From assembly GCA_945859975.1 (NCBI GenBank), contig CAMAPH010000012.1, forward strand, positions 1 through 63,979: a stretch of 63,979 bases of DNA, read 5' to 3'. The notes under the pieces were generated by a model that saw only the letters and a list, made by a program, of their open reading frames with translations, was not told the origin of the DNA and made no database searches. The stretch comes from Chthonomonas calidirosea. Lineage in GTDB: Bacteria; Armatimonadota; Fimbriimonadia; Fimbriimonadales; Fimbriimonadaceae. Both the position numbers and the translations under genes were made by a program. How positions within the stretch are numbered: position 1 is the stretch's first letter; each line of letters opens with the position of its first letter. Shown here in pieces: positions 19,068 to 27,810 of the stretch.

Positions 19068-20306
19068 TTAGGCGAGAAGGCGCATCACCTTTGGATTCAC
19101 CCAGTCTTGATCGTGAAACTGCTGCCCGAACTCGAGGGCCGTTACATTTCGGTACTCGTGGGTCGATTCGTCGGCGACGAATCGGAGGCTCTTTCGCAAG
19201 GAAGCCCGGATGGACGGGTCTGCGCCATGCGTAAGAAGCAGCTCGGCGAAGCGCTCATGACCCTGGACGCCAACCCGGAATGGCTGAGAAATCACGGCGC
19301 CGAACAGGGCGGTCGGCCCACCAAAGCCGTCTTCGTCATAGCCAGAAGTGGCGTTCGGATCGCCACCATTTTTCAGAATCCAATTCGCGATTTCGAATTC
19401 GTCGTAGTCCACGCAAAGGTGAAGCAGAGTTCCGTTCGCGAGCGGTGAGCCGTGGAGGGCGAGACTGTGGTCCGTGTCGCAACCGAGTGCTAACGGAAAG
19501 ATTTCCTCGTGGGAAAACTGCTGCTTGAACAGATCTGGAGTTTTGGCGAGGTGAGCCTGCAAAAGATCAAGGCGGCCACAATGAAGCGCCATGGTTGGCG
19601 TGTCCGGAAGCGGCTCGCTTATAGATTCAAGCAAGGCGAGGCAACGATGCTTGCCATCAGCGTTTCGGCTGTAGGTTTGTAGTACCAGCGCGATGGCTAC
19701 TTTCGGATCTGGCATAGGCGCGCCGAGCTCGAGGAGTAGCGCGAGTCCGTCGGCATTGAGGGTTTCGCACGGTCCAAGGATAGAGTCTTCGGCTGGCCGC
19801 GCACCCAGTTGGTGCAGTAGGCGAGCGGTATCGAGTTGTCCGCGGAGGCAGGCTCGTTCAAATGCATGCTGCAGATCGCTCGCGCCGAGAGAATGCAGTT
19901 TTGTGATGATCTCGTTTCGGCCGAGGTTTGCGGCATAGGCCATCGGTCGCCCCCAGTTTCGTTCTGTCACCAGGGCAGGCTGTTGAAGCAAAGTTGGGTG
20001 CTTTGTTAGGAGGTCCAAGAGGGCTGGCAAGTTGTCATTCCAGATGGCATCGATCAATTGGCAGGCTTGAACGAGGCGGCTCCAACTCGGGACGCCGTAA
20101 CTTCGGGCAAGCACAACTTGGGCGTCCGAAAGCTTTGGCGCACCCTCTCGCGGTCGTGGATGGAAATGGGCAAATTCTTCCAGGGCAGTTGGGTCGCCGA
20201 TCTTGAATTGCGCGAGGAGTTCTTTGGCTTGGCGTCGAAGTTGGTCGAGGTCGGGACGGACCGGCAGGGAACGCGTTGGCGCGATGGGTTCAGGTTGAGT
20301 TGTCAT
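19068..20306 (-). CDS. Ankyrin repeat protein with N-terminal LPxRPDLDQLRRQAKELL helical domain
   Basis: Ankyrin-like units (TLLHLCV, PTALF, LLLTHGADPSI); N-terminal LSDAQVVLARSYGVPSW; GGAG SD. Confidence 0.88.
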   Translation of the reverse strand: MTTQPEPIAPTRSLPVRPDLDQLRRQAKELLAQFKIGDPTALEEFAHFHPRPREGAPKLSDAQVVLARSYGVPSWSRLVQACQLIDAIWNDNLPALLDLLTKHPTLLQQPALVTERNWGRPMAYAANLGRNEIITKLHSLGASDLQHAFERACLRGQLDTARLLHQLGARPAEDSILGPCETLNADGLALLLELGAPMPDPKVAIALVLQTYSRNADGKHRCLALLESISEPLPDTPTMALHCGRLDLLQAHLAKTPDLFKQQFSHEEIFPLALGCDTDHSLALHGSPLANGTLLHLCVDYDEFEIANWILKNGGDPNATSGYDEDGFGGPTALFGAVISQPFRVGVQGHERFAELLLTHGADPSIRASLRKSLRFVADESTHEYRNVTALEFGQQFHDQDWVNPKVMRLLA

Positions 20307-20450
20307 AACGGACTCCGTAGCTTTCGCCCGTGGTCCGCAAGCAACTGGGCAAAGGAGAATCGTTAGACTCGGCGCATATGGGTTTTCCCGAGGACGGGAA
20401 AGGATCAGGTGAACTCAGTTCTTCCCGCGGACCGGGCGCGACCTGCTCGC
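20307..20450 (-). ncRNA. Candidate structured cis-regulatory leader RNA
   Basis: Several complementary segments including an SD-sequestering hairpin; lies between a sigma70-like promoter and the ankyrin start codon. Confidence 0.6.
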
Positions 20451-20456
20451 AGAGTG

Positions 20457-20485
20457 AGTGTAGCAGGGCGGGGCGATAACGGCAA
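20457..20485 (-). promoter_or_regulatory. Sigma70-type promoter of the ankyrin leader
   Basis: TTGCCG-N17-TACACT on the minus strand. Confidence 0.7.
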
Positions 20486-20538
20486 GCGCTGACTTTGTGG
20501 GGCGAACTTTTTCAGCGCGAGAGCGTTAATGCCAATTC

Positions 20539-21009
20539 GTGAAGTTCGAGCGCTCAGAGGACTACAAGAAGTGCCTACTCATGATCTGTGTCGTGTTGTG
20601 GATACCAATCTTGTATGTCATATCTTTAGTCAGTTGCGCAAATCACAATGGGCCCAAAGCTCGTTTTCTTGCTAGCTGCATAGAAAAACAAGCCGGGCTT
20701 CCGTCGGACCAAATATCGGCTGAATGCAAGGACGTGACGGAAGCTTATCGCGAGCAAACTCTAGACTGCCCTAAGTTGAAAACACCCCGTAGGATTGCAT
20801 TTGAGTGCTTCACCAGCCCAAAAAGTCTAGATACAGTATTTGAACGTCAATTTGTGATAGAAGGTAAACAATATATCGAGTGCATCAGATTTAGCGGTTC
20901 GTCGTTGGTATCGGTATCTTGGGACGAAAACGATCTCTTCGATCCACCAATCGTGGAAGTAGAAGGTTCGGATCACTTGCAGAAGGCTAGCGAAACTCAG
21001 CGTGAGTGA
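20539..21009 (+). CDS. Hypothetical protein with N-terminal TM segment
   Basis: 156-aa ORF, lower GC, Cys-rich. Confidence 0.55.
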   Translation: MKFERSEDYKKCLLMICVVLWIPILYVISLVSCANHNGPKARFLASCIEKQAGLPSDQISAECKDVTEAYREQTLDCPKLKTPRRIAFECFTSPKSLDTVFERQFVIEGKQYIECIRFSGSSLVSVSWDENDLFDPPIVEVEGSDHLQKASETQRE

Positions 21010-21682
21010 TATCGGCGCGGAGGAACTCGCCTTTCTCGAACTTATCGTTGCCAAAATTCCAACCGACGCGAATGCGGGTTGGGATGGTGTAGCCACCGAA
21101 AGTCTTCTCAGCCTCCATCGTTCCTCCGAAGGGAAGCATCCGGAAAGCTCCGCCATCGGGATTTCCCCAGCGGTCTAGGCAAACCTGCTCAATCATTCCT
21201 GACGGATTGAGGTCCATCGCGAGTTTGGACTCAACGCTGTAACCGCGCATCCGAACGCTGACTTGTTCTTCGGCTTCTGTCCACATGAAGTTTGGGTTGC
21301 AGAATGCGGAGGGTAACAGCGTCCATTCGCAAGCCAGTCGGCCCTCGGCAGCACGCGAGACATCGGCACCGGTCAGTCCCATTACTTTGAGTAGACCGTG
21401 GAGTTTCCAGTTCATTTCACCGTGGCCATCCACGAGTTGGTCAAAGCCGCTGATGAAGGTAAATCCAATAGGCACCTTCGCTTCCCAGACAAAGCCGTGC
21501 CCAATCCGAATGACTTGTCGAGCGGTGAACGGTCGCCACTTGCCTAGCTTGATGACTCCTACCATTTGTAATTGAACCGAAGTAGCTAGCGGAGTCCCGT
21601 CGGCAATGGCATGACCTAGGTAGCGACGGGCCAGGGGCGGAAGGGAGGGGTATTCGTCTAGATGGAAGGGAATGCTCTCCAT
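20987..21682 (-). CDS. DUF6544-like protein
   Basis: LPPLARRYL, WRPFTARQ, GFVWEAK, LLPSA, RWGNPD, GYTIPT; start 21682 or 21721. Confidence 0.8.
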   Translation of the reverse strand: MESIPFHLDEYPSLPPLARRYLGHAIADGTPLATSVQLQMVGVIKLGKWRPFTARQVIRIGHGFVWEAKVPIGFTFISGFDQLVDGHGEMNWKLHGLLKVMGLTGADVSRAAEGRLACEWTLLPSAFCNPNFMWTEAEEQVSVRMRGYSVESKLAMDLNPSGMIEQVCLDRWGNPDGGAFRMLPFGGTMEAEKTFGGYTIPTRIRVGWNFGNDKFEKGEFLRADITHAEFR

Positions 21683-21850
21683 TTCTGGAGGTCGACAAAG
21701 CAAATCAAATTGTGATGACACCTTTTGAATCGTGCATCACAAAAGTCAAGGCGAACGGAAAAGTAGGTCTAATCTTGCCGAAATACACTTCATTGCGACT
21801 CTTTTGGTGCTCTTAGGAGCAAGATTGCATGCCTGGGTAACCTGAAAGTC

Positions 21851-22309
21851 TTGAGCGAATTCATGTTCACCAGCGCCAGCCTTTACGATGCTTCTCGAAT
21901 TCATGCGGCCGCGATCTACTGTTCGGACGGCCGAATTGGAGCGCAGTTCGATGAGTTTTTGGTGAACGGATTGAACTTACCGCGCTATGATCGGCTCTGC
22001 CTTCCGGGCGGCCCGGCGTGTTTGGCCGGTCACCCACAGGCTCATTTGGAAGAGCAAGGTGTTGTCGATGAGCTTCACTTCCTAGTGGAAGCGCACGAAC
22101 TTCGCAGGGTGGTGCTGATTGCCCACCAAGGCTGCGCCTTTTATGCCGCGCGATTGGAACTGGCGGAGCCGCGGCTGGAACTTGTCCAGCGCGCGGACCT
22201 CGTTCGAGCTGCGGCGTTCGTGAATCGAGTTACCGGAATTGAAGCGATTGACGCGTACTTTGCCCGCGTCGAAGCGGGCTTAGTAACTTTTGAGCCGGTA
22301 ACCGTTTAG
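21851..22309 (+). CDS. Beta-carbonic-anhydrase-like protein
   Basis: CSDGR...LPGG...HQGCAFY Zn-ligand pattern (C, D-x-R, H-x-x-C). Confidence 0.75.
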   Translation: MSEFMFTSASLYDASRIHAAAIYCSDGRIGAQFDEFLVNGLNLPRYDRLCLPGGPACLAGHPQAHLEEQGVVDELHFLVEAHELRRVVLIAHQGCAFYAARLELAEPRLELVQRADLVRAAAFVNRVTGIEAIDAYFARVEAGLVTFEPVTV

Positions 22310-23304
22310 GGCTGAGCTTTTTCCGCGTTCGACTTTGAATCGCGGACGGAGGCCAGGACCGAAATGATGAGGATGCTAGCGATGATCGCGAGCGAGAGCA
22401 TCGGAGGGAACTTTGGCCAATCAACGATGACCGCCTTTTCGACGTAACCATAGAGCATTTTTCCGCCGACAAACACCAGGATTGCGGCGAGACCTACGCT
22501 TAGATACTTGAACATTTGGGTTAGCCCAGCGAGGGCAAAGAACAGCGAGCGCAGACCGAGGATCGCGAACACGTTTGAGGTGAAGACGATAAAGGGATTC
22601 TCCGTAATCGCAAAGATGGCGGGGATTGAATCCACCGCGAAGATCACGTCGGTGAACTCAATCACGAGGAGCACGACAAACAGCGGCGTTGCCCAGCGCT
22701 TTCCATCAATCTTTACGAAGAACTTTTCGCCATGAAAGTCAGGCGTGACCGGCATTAGCTTTCGGACTAGTCGAACGACTATGTTGCGATCTAGGACCAT
22801 CTCCTTCGACTTTGGCAGAGCCATTTTGATGCCGGTGGCGATGAGAAAAACTCCAAAGAGGATCATCGTCCAGAAGAATTTTTCTAGCACAACCGCGCCG
22901 AGAGCAATGAATATTGCCCGAAACAGGAGCGCGCCAATGATGCCCCAAAAGAGCACCCGGTGCTGGTACTCCTCGCGAACCTTAAAGTAGGAGAACACCA
23001 TGAGGAAGACAAAGATGTTGTCCACGCTCAGGGCCTTTTCGATAAGGTAACCACTCAGGAAGGCAATGCCGGCTTCGCTATTTGTATAGGCGCTATTCGG
23101 CTGAATTTTGTCCCAAAAGGCGAAGAGGCCGGCATTGAAGACCAGGGCGAGTGCAATCCAGATCCCGCTACAGATGAGCGCTTCTCTGGGCTCTACTCTG
23201 TGCGGGGTCCGGTGGAACACGCCTAGGTCTAGGGCCAGCATGAGGGCGACAAAGCCCAGAAACGCTCCCCAGATCCCGACAGTAATGTTCGCGATTTCGG
23301 TCAT
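22306..23304 (-). CDS. TerC/Alx family metal homeostasis membrane protein
   Basis: YLIEKALSVDNIFVF, QHRVLFWGIIGAL, DVIFAVDSIPAIFAIT, SNVFAILGLRSLFF. Confidence 0.95.
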   Translation of the reverse strand: MTEIANITVGIWGAFLGFVALMLALDLGVFHRTPHRVEPREALICSGIWIALALVFNAGLFAFWDKIQPNSAYTNSEAGIAFLSGYLIEKALSVDNIFVFLMVFSYFKVREEYQHRVLFWGIIGALLFRAIFIALGAVVLEKFFWTMILFGVFLIATGIKMALPKSKEMVLDRNIVVRLVRKLMPVTPDFHGEKFFVKIDGKRWATPLFVVLLVIEFTDVIFAVDSIPAIFAITENPFIVFTSNVFAILGLRSLFFALAGLTQMFKYLSVGLAAILVFVGGKMLYGYVEKAVIVDWPKFPPMLSLAIIASILIISVLASVRDSKSNAEKAQP

Positions 23305-23564
23305 CAGAAGTCGAAGAGGTCCTCGAGGAATCCGCCTCGTTTCTTCTTATGCTGTGAGCGCTCGGCGTAGGATGTGGTTTCTCGCGGACGGGAGTACTCG
23401 GAGTCGTCGTCATCGTGGTCGAGGCTCACGTGCTTGCACCTTTCAATGATTTTGTCGAGCTCACCTCGGTCCAGCCAAACTCCGCGACATCGTGGGCAGT
23501 AGTCAATTTCGACACGGTGCTTTTCGGAAATGACGAGGGGTTCGTTGCAGGATGGGCATCTCAT
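23304..23564 (-). CDS. zf-TFIIB zinc-ribbon protein
   Basis: CPSC...VEIDYCPRCRGVWLDRGELDKII...FLEDLFDF; stop overlaps the terC ATG. Confidence 0.92.
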   Translation of the reverse strand: MRCPSCNEPLVISEKHRVEIDYCPRCRGVWLDRGELDKIIERCKHVSLDHDDDDSEYSRPRETTSYAERSQHKKKRGGFLEDLFDF

Positions 23565-23596
23565 GATTTTTCTCGTGATCCCTTCGCCCCGACATG

Positions 23597-23630
23597 AAAA
23601 AGACCTTCATCGCGGAGCGATGAAGGTCTT
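23597..23630 (-). terminator. Riboswitch expression-platform terminator
   Basis: AGACCTTCATCGC-TCC-GCGATGAAGGTCT plus a T-run; 5' arm overlaps the aptamer 3' strand. Confidence 0.85.
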
Positions 23631-23708
23631 GCAATTGCCACAGTGCCCGGCTCGTTTGAGCGTGATGACGAACATTGTGCCTGCCAAGGCAGGTGCTACT
23701 CCCCTTCG
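23622..23708 (-). ncRNA. yybP-ykoY (Mn2+) riboswitch aptamer
   Basis: AAGGGGAGTAG...CGTCATCACG...GCAAGACCTT hallmark elements upstream of a terC-family operon. Confidence 0.9.
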
Positions 23709-23756
23709 GAATCAGATATACGAACGATAATTCACGTATAAAAGTTCCTTAGACAT

Positions 23757-24158
23757 TCAAATGGCGCGCATTTTGTTGTTTTTTGCTTCGTGCGTGAGCT
23801 CAGCAAGGCCAAGAGCTTCCATCAGCGGCGGAACGTAGACGCCGAAGCGACCGCGCAATCCTTTCTTTAATCCGTACCAGCCGCCAACCGGATTGCTTTC
23901 CGAGCGTCCCCAGGCTTCGACAGTTCCTGCCTTGGCTTCCTTTTGTTCGTCTGCGCCACCTAGGTCCATCCAATCGCCGTGAGCCTTCAGCACGGCGTGA
24001 AGGTCTTCCAAACACCGAGCGTCGTACAGGAGGGTTGTTGAGCCGACGACGCAGACGATGACTTCTTTGCCGTCTTTCTCATCTTTGTACATCTGGTATT
24101 CGGAGGTTCCTGGGGGAGTTTTAAGATTCCATGGATCAAACTTTGTTCCTGCACTCAT
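23757..24158 (-). CDS. DUF6855 family protein
   Basis: PWNLKTPPGTSEY, LGGADEQK, GTVEAWGRSESNPVGGWYGLKKGLRGRF. Confidence 0.8.
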   Translation of the reverse strand: MSAGTKFDPWNLKTPPGTSEYQMYKDEKDGKEVIVCVVGSTTLLYDARCLEDLHAVLKAHGDWMDLGGADEQKEAKAGTVEAWGRSESNPVGGWYGLKKGLRGRFGVYVPPLMEALGLAELTHEAKNNKMRAI

Positions 24159-24256
24159 ATTCCTAGTGTAGAGATGAGCAACGCTCTTGGTTATTGTGAA
24201 GATTCTAAGACATCACACCAAGCGACAGGCGTGATATAAAGTGCGGAGAGACAAAT

Positions 24257-24766
24257 GTGATGGATACGCTTATTGCCTGCCTTGACCTTGGATTTTTTGA
24301 AGTGACCGAGGCATTTCGTGATCTGCGTGACGAGTACGTTTGGGTGCGGCCCGCCCCTGGGCTGCTTTCTATTGGCGAACTCGCCGGTCACGTTGCTTAT
24401 TGGGAGGCGATACGGTTCGCGGGTGAGCTACCTGACGGATCGGCCGACCGCGACCTTTCGAATTGCAAGATTTACAGCGATTTGCTCGACCCGATGTTCC
24501 GCTACTACACGACGAACATTGAAGCAGCACCAGGGGAAACGCTTCTCGCCATGACGGCGGCCCAGGTGGAGAAAGAACTTCTTCGGATTCACGCCGAATC
24601 GATCGCGTGCTTGCGAGAGTTGAACCCTGATCTTTCCATGAAGGCACCGCAGTGGGGAGGTGACTACTTGTCCCTACTGCAGTACTTGATCTTCCACGTG
24701 TCCTATCACACCGGGCAGATGTATTCGGTTCGGCATCTTTTGGGTGATACGACGCCGGATAACTAG
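24257..24766 (+). CDS. DinB family protein
   Basis: SIGELAGHVAYWE and FHVSYHTGQM metal-binding His pattern. Confidence 0.88.
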   Translation: MMDTLIACLDLGFFEVTEAFRDLRDEYVWVRPAPGLLSIGELAGHVAYWEAIRFAGELPDGSADRDLSNCKIYSDLLDPMFRYYTTNIEAAPGETLLAMTAAQVEKELLRIHAESIACLRELNPDLSMKAPQWGGDYLSLLQYLIFHVSYHTGQMYSVRHLLGDTTPDN

Positions 24767-24806
24767 GCGCCTTGCGAGAAGCCCCGCCGTCTGGCAGACT
24801 CTGGTG

Positions 24807-25223
24807 ATGGCGCAACCGTACGTTCTTGCTTCCGACGAAGGAGCGTTGATGATGCAAGGAATTCCGCACCTCATCAAGGCAGGTGAGCGTGGACTCGGGC
24901 GCGGGCTGGCCGCTTTCGTTCTTGACACGGTGCACGGCGAGGAGCCTCCGATGCACACCCATCGGACCGAGGACGAAGTGTTTTATGTCCTCGAAGGTGA
25001 AGTCACCTTTACTTGTGCCGGCAAGGACTTTTTCGCCGAGAAGGGAGGGTTTGTCTTCCTGCCACAAGGTCTTCCGCACACTTATGCGATTCCGGAAGGA
25101 GTTCGAACGCAGCTGCTCGTTCTTACTATTCCGGCCCAAGTGAACCCGGATGGTTGGGGTGGCTATCTGGGCGAGATCGAAGGGGACAAGAACTTTGCCA
25201 TCGCGACGCCACCAGCAGAGTGA
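24807..25223 (+). CDS. Cupin domain protein
   Basis: PPMHTHRTEDEVFYVLEGE...FLPQGLPHTY. Confidence 0.88.
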   Translation: MAQPYVLASDEGALMMQGIPHLIKAGERGLGRGLAAFVLDTVHGEEPPMHTHRTEDEVFYVLEGEVTFTCAGKDFFAEKGGFVFLPQGLPHTYAIPEGVRTQLLVLTIPAQVNPDGWGGYLGEIEGDKNFAIATPPAE

Positions 25224-25295
25224 GAGCCATATCGCGGTGCTGACCCGAGTTGTCTCCGAACCGATCTTTGAGTAACTACTGCGCTTGGGGAGCTG

Positions 25296-25327
25296 AATTT
25301 GGAGGCTCGGGATTGAGCCTCCAAATT
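25296..25327. terminator. Hairpin between convergent cupin and arsC genes
   Basis: Perfect 13-bp stem AATTTGGAGGCTC/GAGCCTCCAAATT. Confidence 0.65.
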
Positions 25328-25334
25328 GGTCGAC

Positions 25335-25736
25335 TCACGGATTGTCCGCAAGGAGTTTCTGAACCCGCACTTTGATTTGATCGCGGATCACGCGGACGGA
25401 CTCGAGGCCTTGGCCGGCTGGGTCATCAAGTTCCCAATCTTCGGCAAGAAGAAACTTGGCAGGGCAAGCGTCAACGTCGACACCGCAACCCATGGAGATG
25501 ACTTTATCGGCTCGATCCGCCATTTCTTGGGTGAGCAGTTTAGGAGCGTGACCATCCATCGAAATGCCGAGCTCTGCCATGGCCTCGATCGCCATTGGGT
25601 TCAGCGCTTTTCCGCCAACCGTACCGGCGGATTCGGCGAAGACCTTTGCGCCGCTTTCCCGCGCGAAGTGGTTCACGAATGCTTCCGCCATTTGTGATCG
25701 GCCGGCGTTGTGGACGCAGACGAAAAGGACGGTCAT
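25335..25736 (-). CDS. arsC: Arsenate reductase, LMW-PTP fold
   Basis: VLFVCVHNAGRSQMAEA P-loop, MGC...CP, DWELDDP. Confidence 0.9.
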   Translation of the reverse strand: MTVLFVCVHNAGRSQMAEAFVNHFARESGAKVFAESAGTVGGKALNPMAIEAMAELGISMDGHAPKLLTQEMADRADKVISMGCGVDVDACPAKFLLAEDWELDDPAGQGLESVRVIRDQIKVRVQKLLADNP

Positions 25737-26626
25737 TCCGGCTTCACCGCCCGGATGAATGCGCCCATGACTTTGTTGTCAAGCTCTGGATGTGCACCGA
25801 CTTCTTGACTTCCTTTGATCGTGCTGAAGTTGTAATAGCGGGTCGGGGTTACGCTGGCCGACTGGAATCCAGCGGATTCCAGCTTTTGGATGTATTCACG
25901 AATCTCAAGCGCTCCGGCAACGCAGCCGACGTACAGCTCCATATCTTTTCGAACATCCGAAGGTAGTTCGCCTTCTACGACGACATCCGAAACCGCGAAC
26001 CGGCCGCCCGGTTTTAGAACCCGGAAAGCTTCTCGGAGGACTTGGTCTTTGTCCGCGCTGAGATTGATGACGCAGTTGCTGATGACGACATCAACAGAGT
26101 TATCTTCGAGCGGGATGGATTCAATGTGGCCTTTCAGAAACTGCACGTTGTCGGCTTGGGCCTCAATTCGGTTCCTCTCGGCAAGCTCCAGCATTTCGTC
26201 CGTCATGTCTAGACCATAGGCAAAGCCGGTGGTGCCGACCCGCTTTGCAGAGAGCAGGACATCGATTCCGCCACCACTCCCGAGATCCAGGACGATTTCT
26301 CCTTCGCGGAGTTCGGCAAGGGCGGTAGGGTTGCCGCAGCCCAGCGAGGCAAGGATCGCGGCTTCCGGGATCAGCGCCGCTTCGGTATCGGCATAGAGAT
26401 CACCGCTGATGGGATCGTTTGCTTTGCCCGTGGAACAGCAATCAGGCTCGCCTTTGCTCTCGCAACATTGGCTAGCACCGGCGGGGATGTCCGATGAGCA
26501 ACAGTCATCTTCGGCTCCGCAACAGGCCGTGGCTTGGCCACTGAGCACACGAAGCGCTGCTTCTCCGTATCTTTGGCGAACGATTTCGCGTACATCTTCT
26601 CGCTGATTAAAGGTTTCGTTTGACAT
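25733..26626 (-). CDS. arsM: Arsenite S-adenosylmethionine methyltransferase
   Basis: ASLGCGNPTA, LDLGSGGGID, ISNCVINLS, GCVAGAL; GAGGAG SD before ATG at 26626. Confidence 0.93.
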   Translation of the reverse strand: MSNETFNQREDVREIVRQRYGEAALRVLSGQATACCGAEDDCCSSDIPAGASQCCESKGEPDCCSTGKANDPISGDLYADTEAALIPEAAILASLGCGNPTALAELREGEIVLDLGSGGGIDVLLSAKRVGTTGFAYGLDMTDEMLELAERNRIEAQADNVQFLKGHIESIPLEDNSVDVVISNCVINLSADKDQVLREAFRVLKPGGRFAVSDVVVEGELPSDVRKDMELYVGCVAGALEIREYIQKLESAGFQSASVTPTRYYNFSTIKGSQEVGAHPELDNKVMGAFIRAVKPE

Positions 26627-26975
26627 TGGATTTCTCCTCGCAACAGTCTTGGGTCTGAGTGGACTTAAAGTAGTCCGCAATCGCGGCAAGGGCCTGCTCG
26701 TTCACGCTGCAAACCATGTGCTTGCCGCGACGCTCCATCACGATGAGCCCGGCGTTTCGCAGCTCTTTTAGATGGAAGCTGATGGTTGACGTGATCTTGT
26801 CAGCACCGGTGATGCAACAACAAACCTCGCCAACGGTTGGGCCAGAAACTTGTCGAATCTCTCCGGCGTCTGCAACCGCTAGAGGGCCGCAGGAGCAGCG
26901 AAGGTATTCGAAAATTCGCAGACGCGTCGGGTCTCCGAGCGCTTTGAACATTTCTGCGGTCACTTGCTTGTCCAC
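26607..26975 (-). CDS. arsR: ArsR/SmtB family repressor
   Basis: FKALGDPTRLRIF, STISFHLKELRNAGLI, RRGK; GTG start at 26975. Confidence 0.9.
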   Translation of the reverse strand: MDKQVTAEMFKALGDPTRLRIFEYLRCSCGPLAVADAGEIRQVSGPTVGEVCCCITGADKITSTISFHLKELRNAGLIVMERRGKHMVCSVNEQALAAIADYFKSTQTQDCCEEKSNVKRNL

Positions 26976-26991
26976 ATGACAATGGTAGCAC

Positions 26992-27007
26992 ACATTTCTA
27001 GAAATGT
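26992..27007. promoter_or_regulatory. Putative ArsR operator
   Basis: Perfect 16-bp palindrome ACATTTCTAGAAATGT just upstream of arsR. Confidence 0.7.
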
Positions 27008-27098
27008 AGAAATGAAAATCGATTCTCGCTCGAAATTTCTGCTCAGAACTGGGCCGGGATGGACAATCATGGGAGAATAGCGACGGAGATTGATGACC

Positions 27099-27746
27099 AT
27101 GAACCCGGAGGTTGATAAGTATCTTGCGATCGGCTGCATGCGATGTCCGCTTGGCAATACTCCGCAATGCAAAGTGCACGGTTGGTACGACGTGTTTCAG
27201 GCGTTACGTGCTCTTGTTCTGGAGAGTGGCCTCACCGAGGAAGTGAAGTGGAAGGTTCCGTGCTACACGCTGAACGGGAAGAACGTTTTGATCATTGCTG
27301 CGTTCAAGGACTATTGCGGACTCAACATGTTCAAAGGTGTCTTGATTAACGACCCGGCGGGAATTTTGGAATCCGCCGGGCCGAACTCGCACGAGGGCAT
27401 GGTTGGGCGATTTCGGAGTGTGGAGCAGGTTGCTCAGAATGCTGCCGGTATACGAGAGATTCTGCGTCAGGCGGTGGAGCTTGAGCGATCTGGCGCGGTG
27501 GTCCCAAAGCGTGATTCCGCGGATCTTGAATTGCCCGAAGAACTCATCGTGGCGATGGAAGCGGACCCTGCTTTAGCGAGCGCGTTCTTTGCTCTAACAC
27601 CAGGTCGACAGCGAAGCCACGTGATTCACATTTCAGGAGCGAAGCAGAGCAAAACAAGGGAAAGCCGAGTCGAGAAGTGCGCGCCAAAGATTCTGGCAGG
27701 GCAAGGGTTTTTGGATTGGGCTGGCAAGCCTAACGGTCAGGATTGA
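27099..27746 (+). CDS. YdeI/OmpD-associated (DUF1801) family protein
   Basis: LTEEVKWKVPCYT, FKGVLI, FFALTPGRQRS, AKQSKTRESRVEK; start 27093 or 27099. Confidence 0.9.
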   Translation: MNPEVDKYLAIGCMRCPLGNTPQCKVHGWYDVFQALRALVLESGLTEEVKWKVPCYTLNGKNVLIIAAFKDYCGLNMFKGVLINDPAGILESAGPNSHEGMVGRFRSVEQVAQNAAGIREILRQAVELERSGAVVPKRDSADLELPEELIVAMEADPALASAFFALTPGRQRSHVIHISGAKQSKTRESRVEKCAPKILAGQGFLDWAGKPNGQD

Positions 27747-27810
27747 TTTCGCTCGGTGTAAGTAGCTATGCGTAGCGATGTGTTAAATTCCGGTGATAGG
27801 ATTTTAGGGC

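Noticed and set aside
20363..20377. Mini-ORF MRRV* inside the ankyrin leader as an attenuator peptide
   Set aside because: Four codons with no clear SD; cannot be distinguished from chance
22964..22972. TGGTACTCC, matching the tRNA-Glu 3' end, as a possible att site
   Set aside because: Only 9 bp and inside intact terC coding sequence; compatible with chance
26607..27179. 190-aa ArsR and 318-aa ArsM as called in the ORF track
   Set aside because: The N-terminal extensions overlap the operator or neighbouring genes; starts at 26975 and 26626 fit the family patterns better
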